Shown here: one piece after another, positions 1 through 9,400 of the stretch
Layout: the number at the start of each line of letters is the position of its first letter
Numbering within the stretch: the first letter of the stretch is position 1
Source of the DNA: Candidatus Scatosoma sp.
GTDB lineage: Bacteria; Bacillota; Clostridia; Christensenellales; Borkfalkiaceae
NCBI GenBank assembly: GCA_045128055.1
Contig: JBGVRC010000120.1
Coordinates: 21,133 to 85,132 of the forward strand
Length of the DNA stretch: 64,000 nt
Direction of reading: 5' to 3'
Program-made: the position numbers and the translations under genes
The notes under the pieces: model-generated
Databases searched by the model: none
What the model was told of the DNA's origin: nothing
Seen by the model: only the letters and a program-made list of their open reading frames with translations

Positions 1-122
1 GTATAATCCCATTTGTCCGTTTCGGGAACGTCTTTATCCCATACAAATTCCGTTATATTTGCATTTTGCGCCGTTGTTTCATAGGAAAAATCAAATTCTT
101 CTTCTATTCTTTCGTAGTCCAT
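1..122 (-). CDS. hypothetical protein, 5' fragment (gene continues past left edge)
   Basis: ATG at 122-120 behind an AAGGGGAAG SD-like run; frame open to base 1 (MDYERIEEEFDFSYETTAQ...); absent from ORF track because it has no stop in the window. Confidence 0.35.
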   Translation of the reverse strand, partial: MDYERIEEEFDFSYETTAQNANITEFVWDKDVPETDKWDY

Positions 123-188
123 ATCTTCCCCTTTTTAAAAAAAGAACACACTTTTGATAGGTACGTTCTTTTTAGAGTGCATTATAAA

Positions 189-1031
189 TCACAATTTAAT
201 TGCGCCTTTGTCAAGCAATACGTCCGACAAAATCGCCAAACGCTGCGGTGACAACGTTTCCCCGCGCGCTTTTTCTTCTACGCCTGCCAAAGTCAAAATT
301 TCTTTGGCTTCGTCACGCGTCAATTTAAAGAAATTCACCAAATTGTTTTCCAAGGTTTTGCGACGGTTTAAAAAGGCGCATTTCACCGTTTGGCGATATG
401 CCTTTTCATCTTTCACCGCGACCCTGCCCCGCTCAAATTCGATTTTTACCACTGCGGAGTCCACGTTCGGTCTGGGATAAAAAAGGTTGCGGGAAACCCG
501 TTTTACGACCTTTGCGCTGCCCTTCAAAGCAATCGCCGCCGTGATAGAGCCGTATTCGGGCGTGTTCTCTTTCGCGCAAAATCTATCCGCCACTTCTTCC
601 TGCACCATAATCGATAGACCTTGCACTTTGTCGCTTTCTTCCAAGAGCTTGGTGACGAGCGGCGTTGTGATATAATAGGGCAGGTTGGCAACAACGGTGT
701 ATTCTTCGATTTCGTTTTCAAACTCTTTCAAATTCAGCTTATTGAAATCGCGGAAAATTACTTCGACGTTTTCAAGCCCGGCAAGCGTTTCCGCCAAAAC
801 GGGCTGTAAATCGCGGTCTATATCAAAAGCGTACACTTTTTTCGCCGCTTCGGCGAGCGCACGCGTGAGCGTACCTGCTCCGCAACCGATTTCCACCACC
901 GTGGTGTCCTTGGTAATGCCCGAAGCTTCGACGATGGAACGCAATAAGTTGCCGTCGGATATGAAATTTTGTCCAAATTGTTTCTTGAAATGAAATCCGT
1001 GTTTTTCAAGAACAGAGCGAAGCTCTTGCAT
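189..1031 (-). CDS. rsmA: 16S rRNA dimethyladenosine transferase RsmA/KsgA
   Basis: 280-aa ORF; KKQFGQNFI signature and VVEIGCGAGTLT SAM loop of the KsgA/Erm family. Confidence 0.93.
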   Translation of the reverse strand: MQELRSVLEKHGFHFKKQFGQNFISDGNLLRSIVEASGITKDTTVVEIGCGAGTLTRALAEAAKKVYAFDIDRDLQPVLAETLAGLENVEVIFRDFNKLNLKEFENEIEEYTVVANLPYYITTPLVTKLLEESDKVQGLSIMVQEEVADRFCAKENTPEYGSITAAIALKGSAKVVKRVSRNLFYPRPNVDSAVVKIEFERGRVAVKDEKAYRQTVKCAFLNRRKTLENNLVNFFKLTRDEAKEILTLAGVEEKARGETLSPQRLAILSDVLLDKGAIKL

Positions 1032-1252
1032 AATAATATTATACTCCTAATTTTCACTACGCTGCCGCGTACTTACCGCTTCGCGGTGGGTTTTTATTTG
1101 GATACGGTTTTCGCCCGTTTGAAACGGGAAAAACGGCGAAGATGCGAGCAGTTCAAGGCGTAGCGAGTACCCACGATGGAGCGTACATAGACGTACGTGA
1201 CTGAGTGGGCACGGAGCTACAACGCTGAAATGCGACGCATATGCGTCGTTTT

Positions 1253-2269
1253 TTAGGAATCCGTAATATATTTTCTGACGTATAAAGGAATTTTCACGCT
1301 TTCGGCAAGACGTTTGCACGCTTCCACTTCGTCTTCCCCGATACAATCCACGATAGAGAATCGGCAAGCTACTCCGTTTTTACGGCAAAGCTTTGCAAAC
1401 TCTATCAAGCCCGAAAACCCGCTTTCACCGAACTGCGAACGGCAAATAGGTTGATACTTTTCCACACAGGACGCATTGAGCGAAATATTGACAAAATCAA
1501 TTTTCCCCTTCAAATCGGGTACGATGTCCCGCTTGTTGATAAGGTTGCCCTGCCCGTTGGTATTCAAACGCGTTTTTAAGCCCTTTTCGTGGAAATAATC
1601 GCACAAAGCCACCATTTCCGCCACCTTGTAGGTCGGCTCGCCAAAGCCGCAGAAAACCACTTCCTTAAAACGGGTCAAATCCCCAAAGCCCTTTGTCGCC
1701 GCAATCACCTTTTCCACGGTAGGATCGCCGTTGCGAAGCCATAAATAGTTGCCGTAATAACTACTGCGCTCGTTTCTTACGCAAAAATCACAGCCGTTGG
1801 AGCATTTGTTGGTTAAGTTGATATACAAATTCCCGTCCAAGGTATATACGTAGGTATCCTTGCGGTTTTCTTCCTTTTTATCATTCTTAGCCTGATTGTT
1901 TTGCTGGTTTTGCTTGTTCTGCTGTTTGTTTTTTTGCTTATTTTGTTGGTTTTGCTGATTTTTATTGTTTTGCTGACCTTGCTGGGGCTGCACTTGCTTG
2001 GGCTGTTGCTTGTTCTTTTGCTTGTTTTGTTGATTTTGTTGCCCTTGTTGCCCGTGCTGTTGCGCTTGGTGGTTTTGGGACGAAGCGGCGTTTTGCTGGG
2101 GCTGATTTTGCTGGGCTTGGTTTTGTTGCCCTTGCCCGCCGTTGCCACCGTTTCCGCCTTTTCCGCCGCGATGATGATGGCGTCTTTTCCGCCCGCCGTT
2201 GCCGCCGTTGCCACCGTTTGCGTGTTGCCCATTGTTCATTTGTTGATTGTTGTTTTTCTTTTCTTCCAT
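1253..2269 (-). CDS. TatD-associated radical SAM protein with about 140-aa Q/N/G/K-rich N-terminal extension
   Basis: 338-aa ORF; CX3CX2C cluster motif (CSNGCDFC) in C-terminal 200 aa; directly upstream of tatD; N-terminus is low complexity. Confidence 0.8.
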   Translation of the reverse strand: MEEKKNNNQQMNNGQHANGGNGGNGGRKRRHHHRGGKGGNGGNGGQGQQNQAQQNQPQQNAASSQNHQAQQHGQQGQQNQQNKQKNKQQPKQVQPQQGQQNNKNQQNQQNKQKNKQQNKQNQQNNQAKNDKKEENRKDTYVYTLDGNLYINLTNKCSNGCDFCVRNERSSYYGNYLWLRNGDPTVEKVIAATKGFGDLTRFKEVVFCGFGEPTYKVAEMVALCDYFHEKGLKTRLNTNGQGNLINKRDIVPDLKGKIDFVNISLNASCVEKYQPICRSQFGESGFSGLIEFAKLCRKNGVACRFSIVDCIGEDEVEACKRLAESVKIPLYVRKYITDS

Positions 2270-2273
2270 AGGA

Positions 2274-3059
2274 TTATTTCAACCTGAAAAACAGCTCTTT
2301 TGCGTTTTGCAAAATGCGTTCTTTCAGCTCCTTTTCGTTTTCGTTGCGAAGCGCCGCCATATTTTCCACGACGTACTTCACGTTTTTCGGCTCGTTCGGG
2401 AAAGTACCCCTAAACGGCGCGGGGGTGAGATACGGACAGTCCGTTTCCGATAAAATGCGGCTACCAGGTACGCGTTGAACGCAATCCTGCGTCTTTTTCG
2501 CGTTTTTAAAGGTGGACGTACCGCCAAAGGAAAAGCTCAACCCAAGCTTTTCAAATTCCGCCATCATTTCCACGGAATACGAATAACAATGCATAAGCCC
2601 GCCGCGTTTTAATAAATGCTTGTGTTCTTGAAGCAAACAAAGAGTTTCCTGCGCGGCGTCGCGGCTGTGCAACACCACGGGCAAGCCCACTTCGTCCGCC
2701 AAAATAAGCTGACGGATAAACAAATCCCTTTGCACTTCCTTGGGCGGGTTGTCGTCGAAATGGTAATCCAACCCGATTTCCCCCACCGCCACGCACTTCT
2801 CGCGTGCGCACAAAGCGCGGATTTTGTCTAAATCTCCGTCGTTATACTTGGCAAGCTCGCTCGGATGAAAACCCGCGCAAAAATACAAGTTTTCAAAGCG
2901 GTCGCAAAGCTCGGCGCTTATTTTAGACGAAGCCAAGTCAAACCCCGAACAAATGATAATACCCACGCCGTTTTCTTGGGCGTTTTTTATAATTTGTTCT
3001 ACACCGCCAAGCTCGTTATATTCGTCGCCCGTCAAATGGCAATGTACGTCGATATACAT
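2274..3059 (-). CDS. tatD: TatD family metal-dependent hydrolase/DNase
   Basis: 261-aa ORF starting MYIDVHCHL (HxH metal motif); typical TatD/YabD length and position next to metG. Confidence 0.9.
   Translation of the reverse strand: MYIDVHCHLTGDEYNELGGVEQIIKNAQENGVGIIICSGFDLASSKISAELCDRFENLYFCAGFHPSELAKYNDGDLDKIRALCAREKCVAVGEIGLDYHFDDNPPKEVQRDLFIRQLILADEVGLPVVLHSRDAAQETLCLLQEHKHLLKRGGLMHCYSYSVEMMAEFEKLGLSFSFGGTSTFKNAKKTQDCVQRVPGSRILSETDCPYLTPAPFRGTFPNEPKNVKYVVENMAALRNENEKELKERILQNAKELFFRLK
2457..2479 (+). repeat. dispersed motif M01 (TACCAGGTAC class)
   Basis: GCGGCTACCAGGTACGCGTTGAA; core 15/15; in tatD, antisense. Confidence 0.85.
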
Positions 3060-3062
3060 AGC

Positions 3063-5090
3063 TTAACCAAGACGAGTGCCGCTCAAAACGTCCTTGTTTT
3101 CAGGCACGATCAAGGACAAAACGCCGTTTTCGTCTTCCGCCGCCATAATCATACCTTCGGACACGACGCCGCATACCTTTCTGGGCGCAAGGTTGGTGAC
3201 GAACACCACTTTTTTGCCTACCATTTCTTCGGGTTTGAAATGCTTTGCAATCCCCGAAACGATGGTGCGCGTTTCATCGCCGAATTTCACCGTTTCTTTC
3301 AAAAGCTTGGACGATTTGGGTACGGGCTCGCACGCGATAATTTCCCCTACGCGCAATTCCACTTTTAGAAAATCGTCAAAGGAAATTTCGGGCGTTTTTT
3401 CTTTTTCTTCTTCATTTTCCACACCCGTGTCCGTATTCACCGCATTTTCAGCGGGTTTTTGTTCGGTTGCTTGCGGAGCGGTTTTCGCCATTTCCGCCGC
3501 GTATGCCGCCGCTTGTTCTTCACGGATTTTTTCGATTGCAGGCGCAAGCGTCTTGAAATCCAAGCGCGCAAACAAGGGGGAAATCGCCGTCACCGTTACG
3601 CTGTCGCGAAGCGCAAAGCTTTCGCATTCTTCCAGCGTTCTGCTTACCCCGCCGTATGCCGCGAAGATTTTTTCGCTCGTTTCCGGCATAAAGCTGTCCA
3701 AAAGCGAAGCGCCGATTTGGATTGCTTCGGCAAGGTTATACAACACGTCGTTAAGACGCGCTTTCTTTGCTTCGTCCTTGGCGAGCGCCCAAGGCATCGT
3801 TTCATCGATGTATTTATTCGCACGGCGGAAAAGAGCAAACACTTCGCTGATTGCATCCGCAATACGCAATTCGTCCGCTTTCGCACGTACTTTGGATACA
3901 ACGCCCGTCACCGTTGCTTTAAATTCCGCGTCGGGATCTTCTTCGTTTGCAGGCAATGATTTTACAACCGTACCGCCGAAATATTTATCAATCATCGCAA
4001 TCGTACGGCTGACAAGGTTACCCAAAACGTTGGCAAGCTCGGTGTTGAAACGTTCGGTTACAAGTTCCCAAGTAATGGAACCGTCGTTGTCAAACGGCAT
4101 TTCGTGCAATACGAAATAGCGCACAGCATCCACCCCGAACAAACGCGCCAAATCATCCGCGTAAATCACGTTGCCTTTGGATTTACTCATTTTACCATCG
4201 CCTTGCAAAAGCCAAGGGTGGCCAAACACCTGCTTGGGCAAAGGTTCACCCAAAGCCATCAAGAAAATAGGCCAGTAAATGGTGTGGAAACGCAAAATAT
4301 CCTTACCGATAAGATGCAAATCCGCAGGCCAGTATTTTTTATATTTTTCGTCGTGGTTGCCATCCACGTCAAAGCCGATACCCGTGATGTAGTTGGTTAA
4401 GGCATCCAACCAAACGTATACAACGTGACGGCTGTCAAATTCTACGGGCACGCCCCACGTAAAGGACGTACGGGATACGCACAAATCCTGCAACCCCTTT
4501 AAAAGGAAGTTGTTCATCATCTCGTTTTTACGGGAAACGGGCTGAATAAACTCGGGATGGGTGTTGATATGCTCGATAAGCTTGTCCGCATACTTGCTCA
4601 TTTTAAAGAAGTACGCTTCTTCCTTCGCAGGCTTTACGTCCCTGCCGCAGTCGGGGCATTTCCCGTCTACAAGCTGGCTTTCCGTCCAGAAGGATTCGCA
4701 AGGAGTACAGTACATACCTTCGTAGTAGCCCTTGTAAATATCCCCTTGGTCGTAGAACTTCTTAAAAATTTTCGACACTTGTTTCACGTGATACTCGTCC
4801 GTCGTACGCATAAATTTATCGTACGAAGTGCCCATCAAGTCCCAAATGCCTTGGATATCACCCGCGATTTTATCCACGAAAGCCTGCGGCGTTACGCCTG
4901 CCGCTTCCGCTTTTTCCTGAATTTTTTGACCGTGTTCGTCCGTACCCGTTTGGAAGAAAACGTCATAGCCTTCCTTTCTTTTAAAGCGCGCGATCGCGTC
5001 CGCCAAAATCGCTTCGTAGGTGTTGCCGATGTGGGGCTTGCCCGAAGTATACGCAATCGCCGTCGTAATATAATAAGGTTTCTTTGCCAT
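3063..5090 (-). CDS. metG: methionine--tRNA ligase with C-terminal tRNA-binding domain
   Basis: 675 aa; class I HIGH-type motif (GKPHIGN) and KMSKS present. Confidence 0.95.
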   Translation of the reverse strand: MAKKPYYITTAIAYTSGKPHIGNTYEAILADAIARFKRKEGYDVFFQTGTDEHGQKIQEKAEAAGVTPQAFVDKIAGDIQGIWDLMGTSYDKFMRTTDEYHVKQVSKIFKKFYDQGDIYKGYYEGMYCTPCESFWTESQLVDGKCPDCGRDVKPAKEEAYFFKMSKYADKLIEHINTHPEFIQPVSRKNEMMNNFLLKGLQDLCVSRTSFTWGVPVEFDSRHVVYVWLDALTNYITGIGFDVDGNHDEKYKKYWPADLHLIGKDILRFHTIYWPIFLMALGEPLPKQVFGHPWLLQGDGKMSKSKGNVIYADDLARLFGVDAVRYFVLHEMPFDNDGSITWELVTERFNTELANVLGNLVSRTIAMIDKYFGGTVVKSLPANEEDPDAEFKATVTGVVSKVRAKADELRIADAISEVFALFRRANKYIDETMPWALAKDEAKKARLNDVLYNLAEAIQIGASLLDSFMPETSEKIFAAYGGVSRTLEECESFALRDSVTVTAISPLFARLDFKTLAPAIEKIREEQAAAYAAEMAKTAPQATEQKPAENAVNTDTGVENEEEKEKTPEISFDDFLKVELRVGEIIACEPVPKSSKLLKETVKFGDETRTIVSGIAKHFKPEEMVGKKVVFVTNLAPRKVCGVVSEGMIMAAEDENGVLSLIVPENKDVLSGTRLG

Positions 5091-5238
5091 AAAAACAGCT
5101 CCTTTTTCACATTTTCCACCCCATTATACACCATTTTACTTAAAAAGTAAAATGATTTTCCCCCGTGCAAAGCAAAAGAGCCGCCCCTTTCCCCCTATCT
5201 TTCTTCATTTTTTCGGCTTTTTTCGCATATAGTATGCT

Positions 5239-5865
5239 ATGAATACCATTTTTGTTCTTCTTTTTTTGATTTCCACCTTTTTACTGCTTCTTTTTTCGCC
5301 CACCGCCTTTCTTTCCGCTATGCTGGACGGAGCAAGCAAAGCCGCCCTTTTATGCGTTTCGCTCGTCGCTACCTATTCCGTATGGATGGGGCTTATGAAA
5401 GTATGGGAAGACAGCGGCTTGGCGCGCGGCGTTTCCCGCATTTTAAAACCGATTGCGCGGCGTATTCTAAAAACGGACGACGAAGAAGCCATCGAAACGG
5501 CTTGTATGAGTTTTTCCGTCAATATGCTGGGCATTTCAGGCGCGGCAACCCCGTACGGTATCAAAACCGCGCAGCTTTTAGACAAAACGGAAAACGCGGA
5601 ATACTCTTCCGCTATGTTTTTCGTGCTAAACGCCACTTCCTTGCAAATTTTACCGTCTTCCCTTGTCGCCGTGCGCCTTGCGATGGGCAGCGCCGCCCCC
5701 AACGACATTATCCTGCCCACCCTAATCGTCAGCGTCTTTTCCACCCTTTTGGGTGCTTTGCTCACACGGGTGTTGATAAAACCCCAACCCAAACGAAAAA
5801 CAAGCCAAAAAAAAGACTTCATTTTACATAAAAATATAAAAATGCCGGGGGCAGGTACGCGATGA
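5239..5865 (+). CDS. spmA: spore maturation protein A (nucleoside-recognition domain membrane protein)
   Basis: 208-aa polytopic ORF resembling SpmA; overlaps spmB by ATGA. Confidence 0.8.
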   Translation: MNTIFVLLFLISTFLLLLFSPTAFLSAMLDGASKAALLCVSLVATYSVWMGLMKVWEDSGLARGVSRILKPIARRILKTDDEEAIETACMSFSVNMLGISGAATPYGIKTAQLLDKTENAEYSSAMFFVLNATSLQILPSSLVAVRLAMGSAAPNDIILPTLIVSVFSTLLGALLTRVLIKPQPKRKTSQKKDFILHKNIKMPGAGTR

Positions 5866-5866
5866 A
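5844..5866 (+). repeat. dispersed motif M02 (G-run class)
   Basis: GCCGGGGGCAGGTACGCGATGAA; 15/15; forms the spmA stop / spmB start. Confidence 0.9.
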
Positions 5867-6377
5867 ATTTGTTTTACCTATTATTATCCCCCTTATTTTT
5901 TTACTTTCCTTCGCCTTTGCCGCCATTAGAAAAGTGCGGGTGTACGATTCGTTCGCGGAAGGGGTAAAAGGCGCGATTCCGCTTATTTTATCCATTTTTC
6001 CATACATAGCCGTCATCAGCATTCTTTCTAAATTGTTGGAAGTGAGCGGTTTGGGCGCAAAAATCGCCGATTTTCTATCCCCCGTCTTTCATTTTACGGG
6101 TATCCCCGAAGAAATCGCTCCGCTTCTGCTCGTAAAACCCCTTTCGGGGGGCGGCAGCGTCGCCGTTTTGTCGGAAATTTTAGAAAGGTACGGCGCGGAT
6201 AGCTATATTTCCCGTTGCGCTTGCGTAATCTACGGCGCGTCCGAAACGATTTTTTACGTCGGCGCGGTGTATTTTGCGGGCTTAAAACGCAAAAAGTTAA
6301 ACGTCGCTTTGATAATCGCCGTTCTTTCTTTTCTTGCTTCCGCCATTTTCGCTTGTTTTTTATGTCGTTTTTTATAA
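5862..6377 (+). CDS. spmB: spore maturation protein B
   Basis: 171-aa membrane ORF translationally coupled to spmA. Confidence 0.8.
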   Translation: MKFVLPIIIPLIFLLSFAFAAIRKVRVYDSFAEGVKGAIPLILSIFPYIAVISILSKLLEVSGLGAKIADFLSPVFHFTGIPEEIAPLLLVKPLSGGGSVAVLSEILERYGADSYISRCACVIYGASETIFYVGAVYFAGLKRKKLNVALIIAVLSFLASAIFACFLCRFL

Positions 6378-6474
6378 AACCTTGCTTTTTTATAAAAATT
6401 ATGCTATAATCATAACAAAAAGGGTATTTTATACCCTTTAACCCTAAAAATACCTTTTACAAAGGAGAAATACA

Positions 6475-9400
6475 ATGAAAAAATGGCTTTCTATTTTGGC
6501 GTTATCGGCGATTTTTGCGTTGGTAGGCTGTAACGGTACGGGCGCGAGCAACTCTAACAGCTCCACCCCCGACAATCCTTCTTCCAGCCAACAAAGCTCG
6601 CCTTTGGATAGCTCCGAAATCGACCCCGACCACGTACACGCCAACCAAAACGGCGACGCTTATTGCGACGGCTGCGGCACGCCGATTTTGGCTACCTTGG
6701 ACGTTTTTTCCATCAACGACTTACACGGTAAGTTTTCCGACACCGACGAAAACTGCGGCGTAGACGAAATGACGACCTTCCTTCGCAATAAACAGCAAGC
6801 CAACCCCAACACCGTGATTTTATCGGCTGGGGATATGTGGCAGGGCAGCCCTGAATCCAACCTTACCTACGGCAATATCATTACCGAATGGATGAACGAT
6901 TTGGGCTTTGCCGCGATGACGCTTGGCAATCACGAATACGACTGGGGTGAAGAATACATCTCGCAAAACGCCGAGCTGGCAAACTTCCCCATTTTGGGTA
7001 TCAACGTGTTTGACCCCGACACCAACGAACGGGAAGAATACGCCGCTCCGTCCGTTTTGATTGAAAGAAGCGGCGTTAAAATCGGTATTATCGGCGCAAT
7101 CGGGGATTGTATGTCGTCCATCGCCCCCGATAAAACGACGGACGTATATTTCAAAACGGGCAACGAGCTCACCAACCTTATCAAGGACGAATCCACTTCC
7201 TTGCGCGAACAAGGCGCGGATATCATCATCTACACCGTGCACGATTCGGAAAACTCCAACGAATCGTATTACGACGTAGAGCTTTCCAACGGCTACGTGG
7301 ATTTGGTATTTGAAGGCCATTCCCACTCTACCGTTCGCCAAAAGGATAAATACGGCGTATGGCATTTGCAGGCGGGCGGCGACAATGGCACGGGGCTTTC
7401 CCACGCGGAAATTAAAATCGACATCATTTCGGGTGCAATCACCGTTGCGCAAACCAAAATCGTCGAACACAGCGCCTATCTCCACCTTGACGACGACCCC
7501 ATCGTAAACGAATTGATGGAAAAATACGCCGACCAAATCTCCAAAATGAACGAGTATTTGGGTATGAACGACAGCTATCGAAACTCGGACGCTTTGGCAA
7601 GCTACGCGGCGGAAGCTATGTTCAACGTCGGGTACGCGCATTGGAACAGCGACGCGCGCTATGCAGGCAAAATCGTACTCGGCGGCGGGTTCTTAAACGT
7701 GCGCAGCCCGTACAAGCTGGACGCGGGCAAAGTCACCTACGGCGATATTTACCCCCTGTTCCCGTTCGATAACCTGCTCGTGCTTTGTAAGGTAAACGGA
7801 AATCGACTTTTGGAACAGTTTATTTACAGCTCTAACTACGTTTGCTATTACGGCGAAGACGGCAACCAAATCAAAAACAACGTACAAAACAACGAAACGT
7901 ACTACGTAATCGTAGACACCTATTGCGCAAACTATAACTTTAAGGGCATGGGTTGGCTGGAAATCGTCGAATATTACCAAGACAACTATTATACGCGCGA
8001 CGCGCTCGCGCAGTTTATTAAGGACGGGGGTATGTCCGCGAAATCCGCTGACAAAACGAGTACCATTCCCGAGCTTCTCGACCTTGGTTTTAGCTTGGCA
8101 GACAACGAAGAAACCAAGGAAAAATACCGTACCGTCGGCAAAATCGTCGCTTTGGAAAACACCACCTACGGCAACGCGGTCATTGAAGATGAAGACGGCA
8201 ACCAAATCTACGTCTACGGTATGTACGATACCGACCGCAACCGCTACGACGCGATGGCAACCAAGCCCCAAGAAGGGGACGTCGTCACCGTAGAAGGGGT
8301 GATTAAAAACTTCGTCAACGCCTATTACGGGCAAAAAATCGAATTTGTCAACGCCACCGTTTTGGAAATTCAAGACGACTTCCCGGGCAACGATAAAGAC
8401 GACCCCTTAACCCCGCCTGAAACGGATGCAAACTACACCCCCATTCGCGAAATTTTAGAAATCGGCAACGCGCTTCCCGAAGGCGGCGAAACCACGGAAA
8501 GCTATATCATTAAAGGTACGCTTACAAGCAACCCCACCCACCCCTACGGGAATATGTACGTTCAAGACGAAAACGGCGACGCCCTTTATATCTACGGTCT
8601 GTACGACGTAAACGGCAATCGTTACGACGCGATGGCAACCAAGCCCCAAATGGGCGACGAAGTCGTTTTGCAGGGCGTAATTAAAAACTATTACAACAAA
8701 TCGGGCGAGCAAATCATCGAAATGATAAGCTCCACCCTTTTGGAAATCGTTGACGATACGCCAAACGGCGACACACCCGATACACTTTCCACGCTTACCT
8801 TAAATAAAAACTTCGGCGGCGACCTTTCCGAATACGACACGGGTACGTACGGACAAGGCGCGGTTGGCGGCGTGTATTTCGAATATTATCGCGCCTATAA
8901 AACCTTTGGCGAAAATCTCGTAACCAGCCTGCTCCCTTCCCCCGGCGAGCTGTCGGTAGGTCACGCGGAAGGCGCGCTGTACAACACTACCCCTATCTAC
9001 GGCATACAGTCCATTTCTATCACCTATAAAAGCGACTCGGCGGCTATTTTGTACACAAGCGACGATAGAATTGCGGACGCAACGGCGTACACCCTGCCCA
9101 AAGCTACGTCCTTCCAAACGATAAGCTTTGAAGTGGATACGGACAATTTCTTTAAAATTATCACGGGCAACTCCACCCTTTCCTTGCAGGAAATTTCCAT
9201 TTCCTACACCGACGAAGCAGTAGCCTACAACACCCAAAAACAGCTTTCGGGAATAGAAGCTTTCCGCTTGAACCCCACCACCTTTGAAGGTACGCTCGTT
9301 GCGGGGCAAAGCTCCGTTTCCGTACCCGTAAAAGTAGAATATGACGGGGGCAGGTACGAGATTAAGCAAACAAAGACCTATACCTACTACACCGTAGAAT

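Noticed and set aside
2140-2215. GGN/CCGCCGTTGCC tandem DNA repeats as a separate repeat element
   Set aside because: They are the coding sequence of the (GGN)n part of the low-complexity N-terminus, already covered by that finding.
1901-2287. 128-aa Leu/Val-rich ORF on the + strand
   Set aside because: It is the mirror image of the Q/N-rich low-complexity coding region of the radical SAM gene on the - strand, has no RBS, and its composition is an artefact of CTG/TTG repeats.
5091-5238. T-box leader upstream of metG (and 56637-56731 upstream of lysS)
   Set aside because: The leaders are only about 150 and 95 nt. They have no specifier-loop/T-box sequence (AAUUAGGGUGGUACCGCG-like) and no terminator/antiterminator pair.
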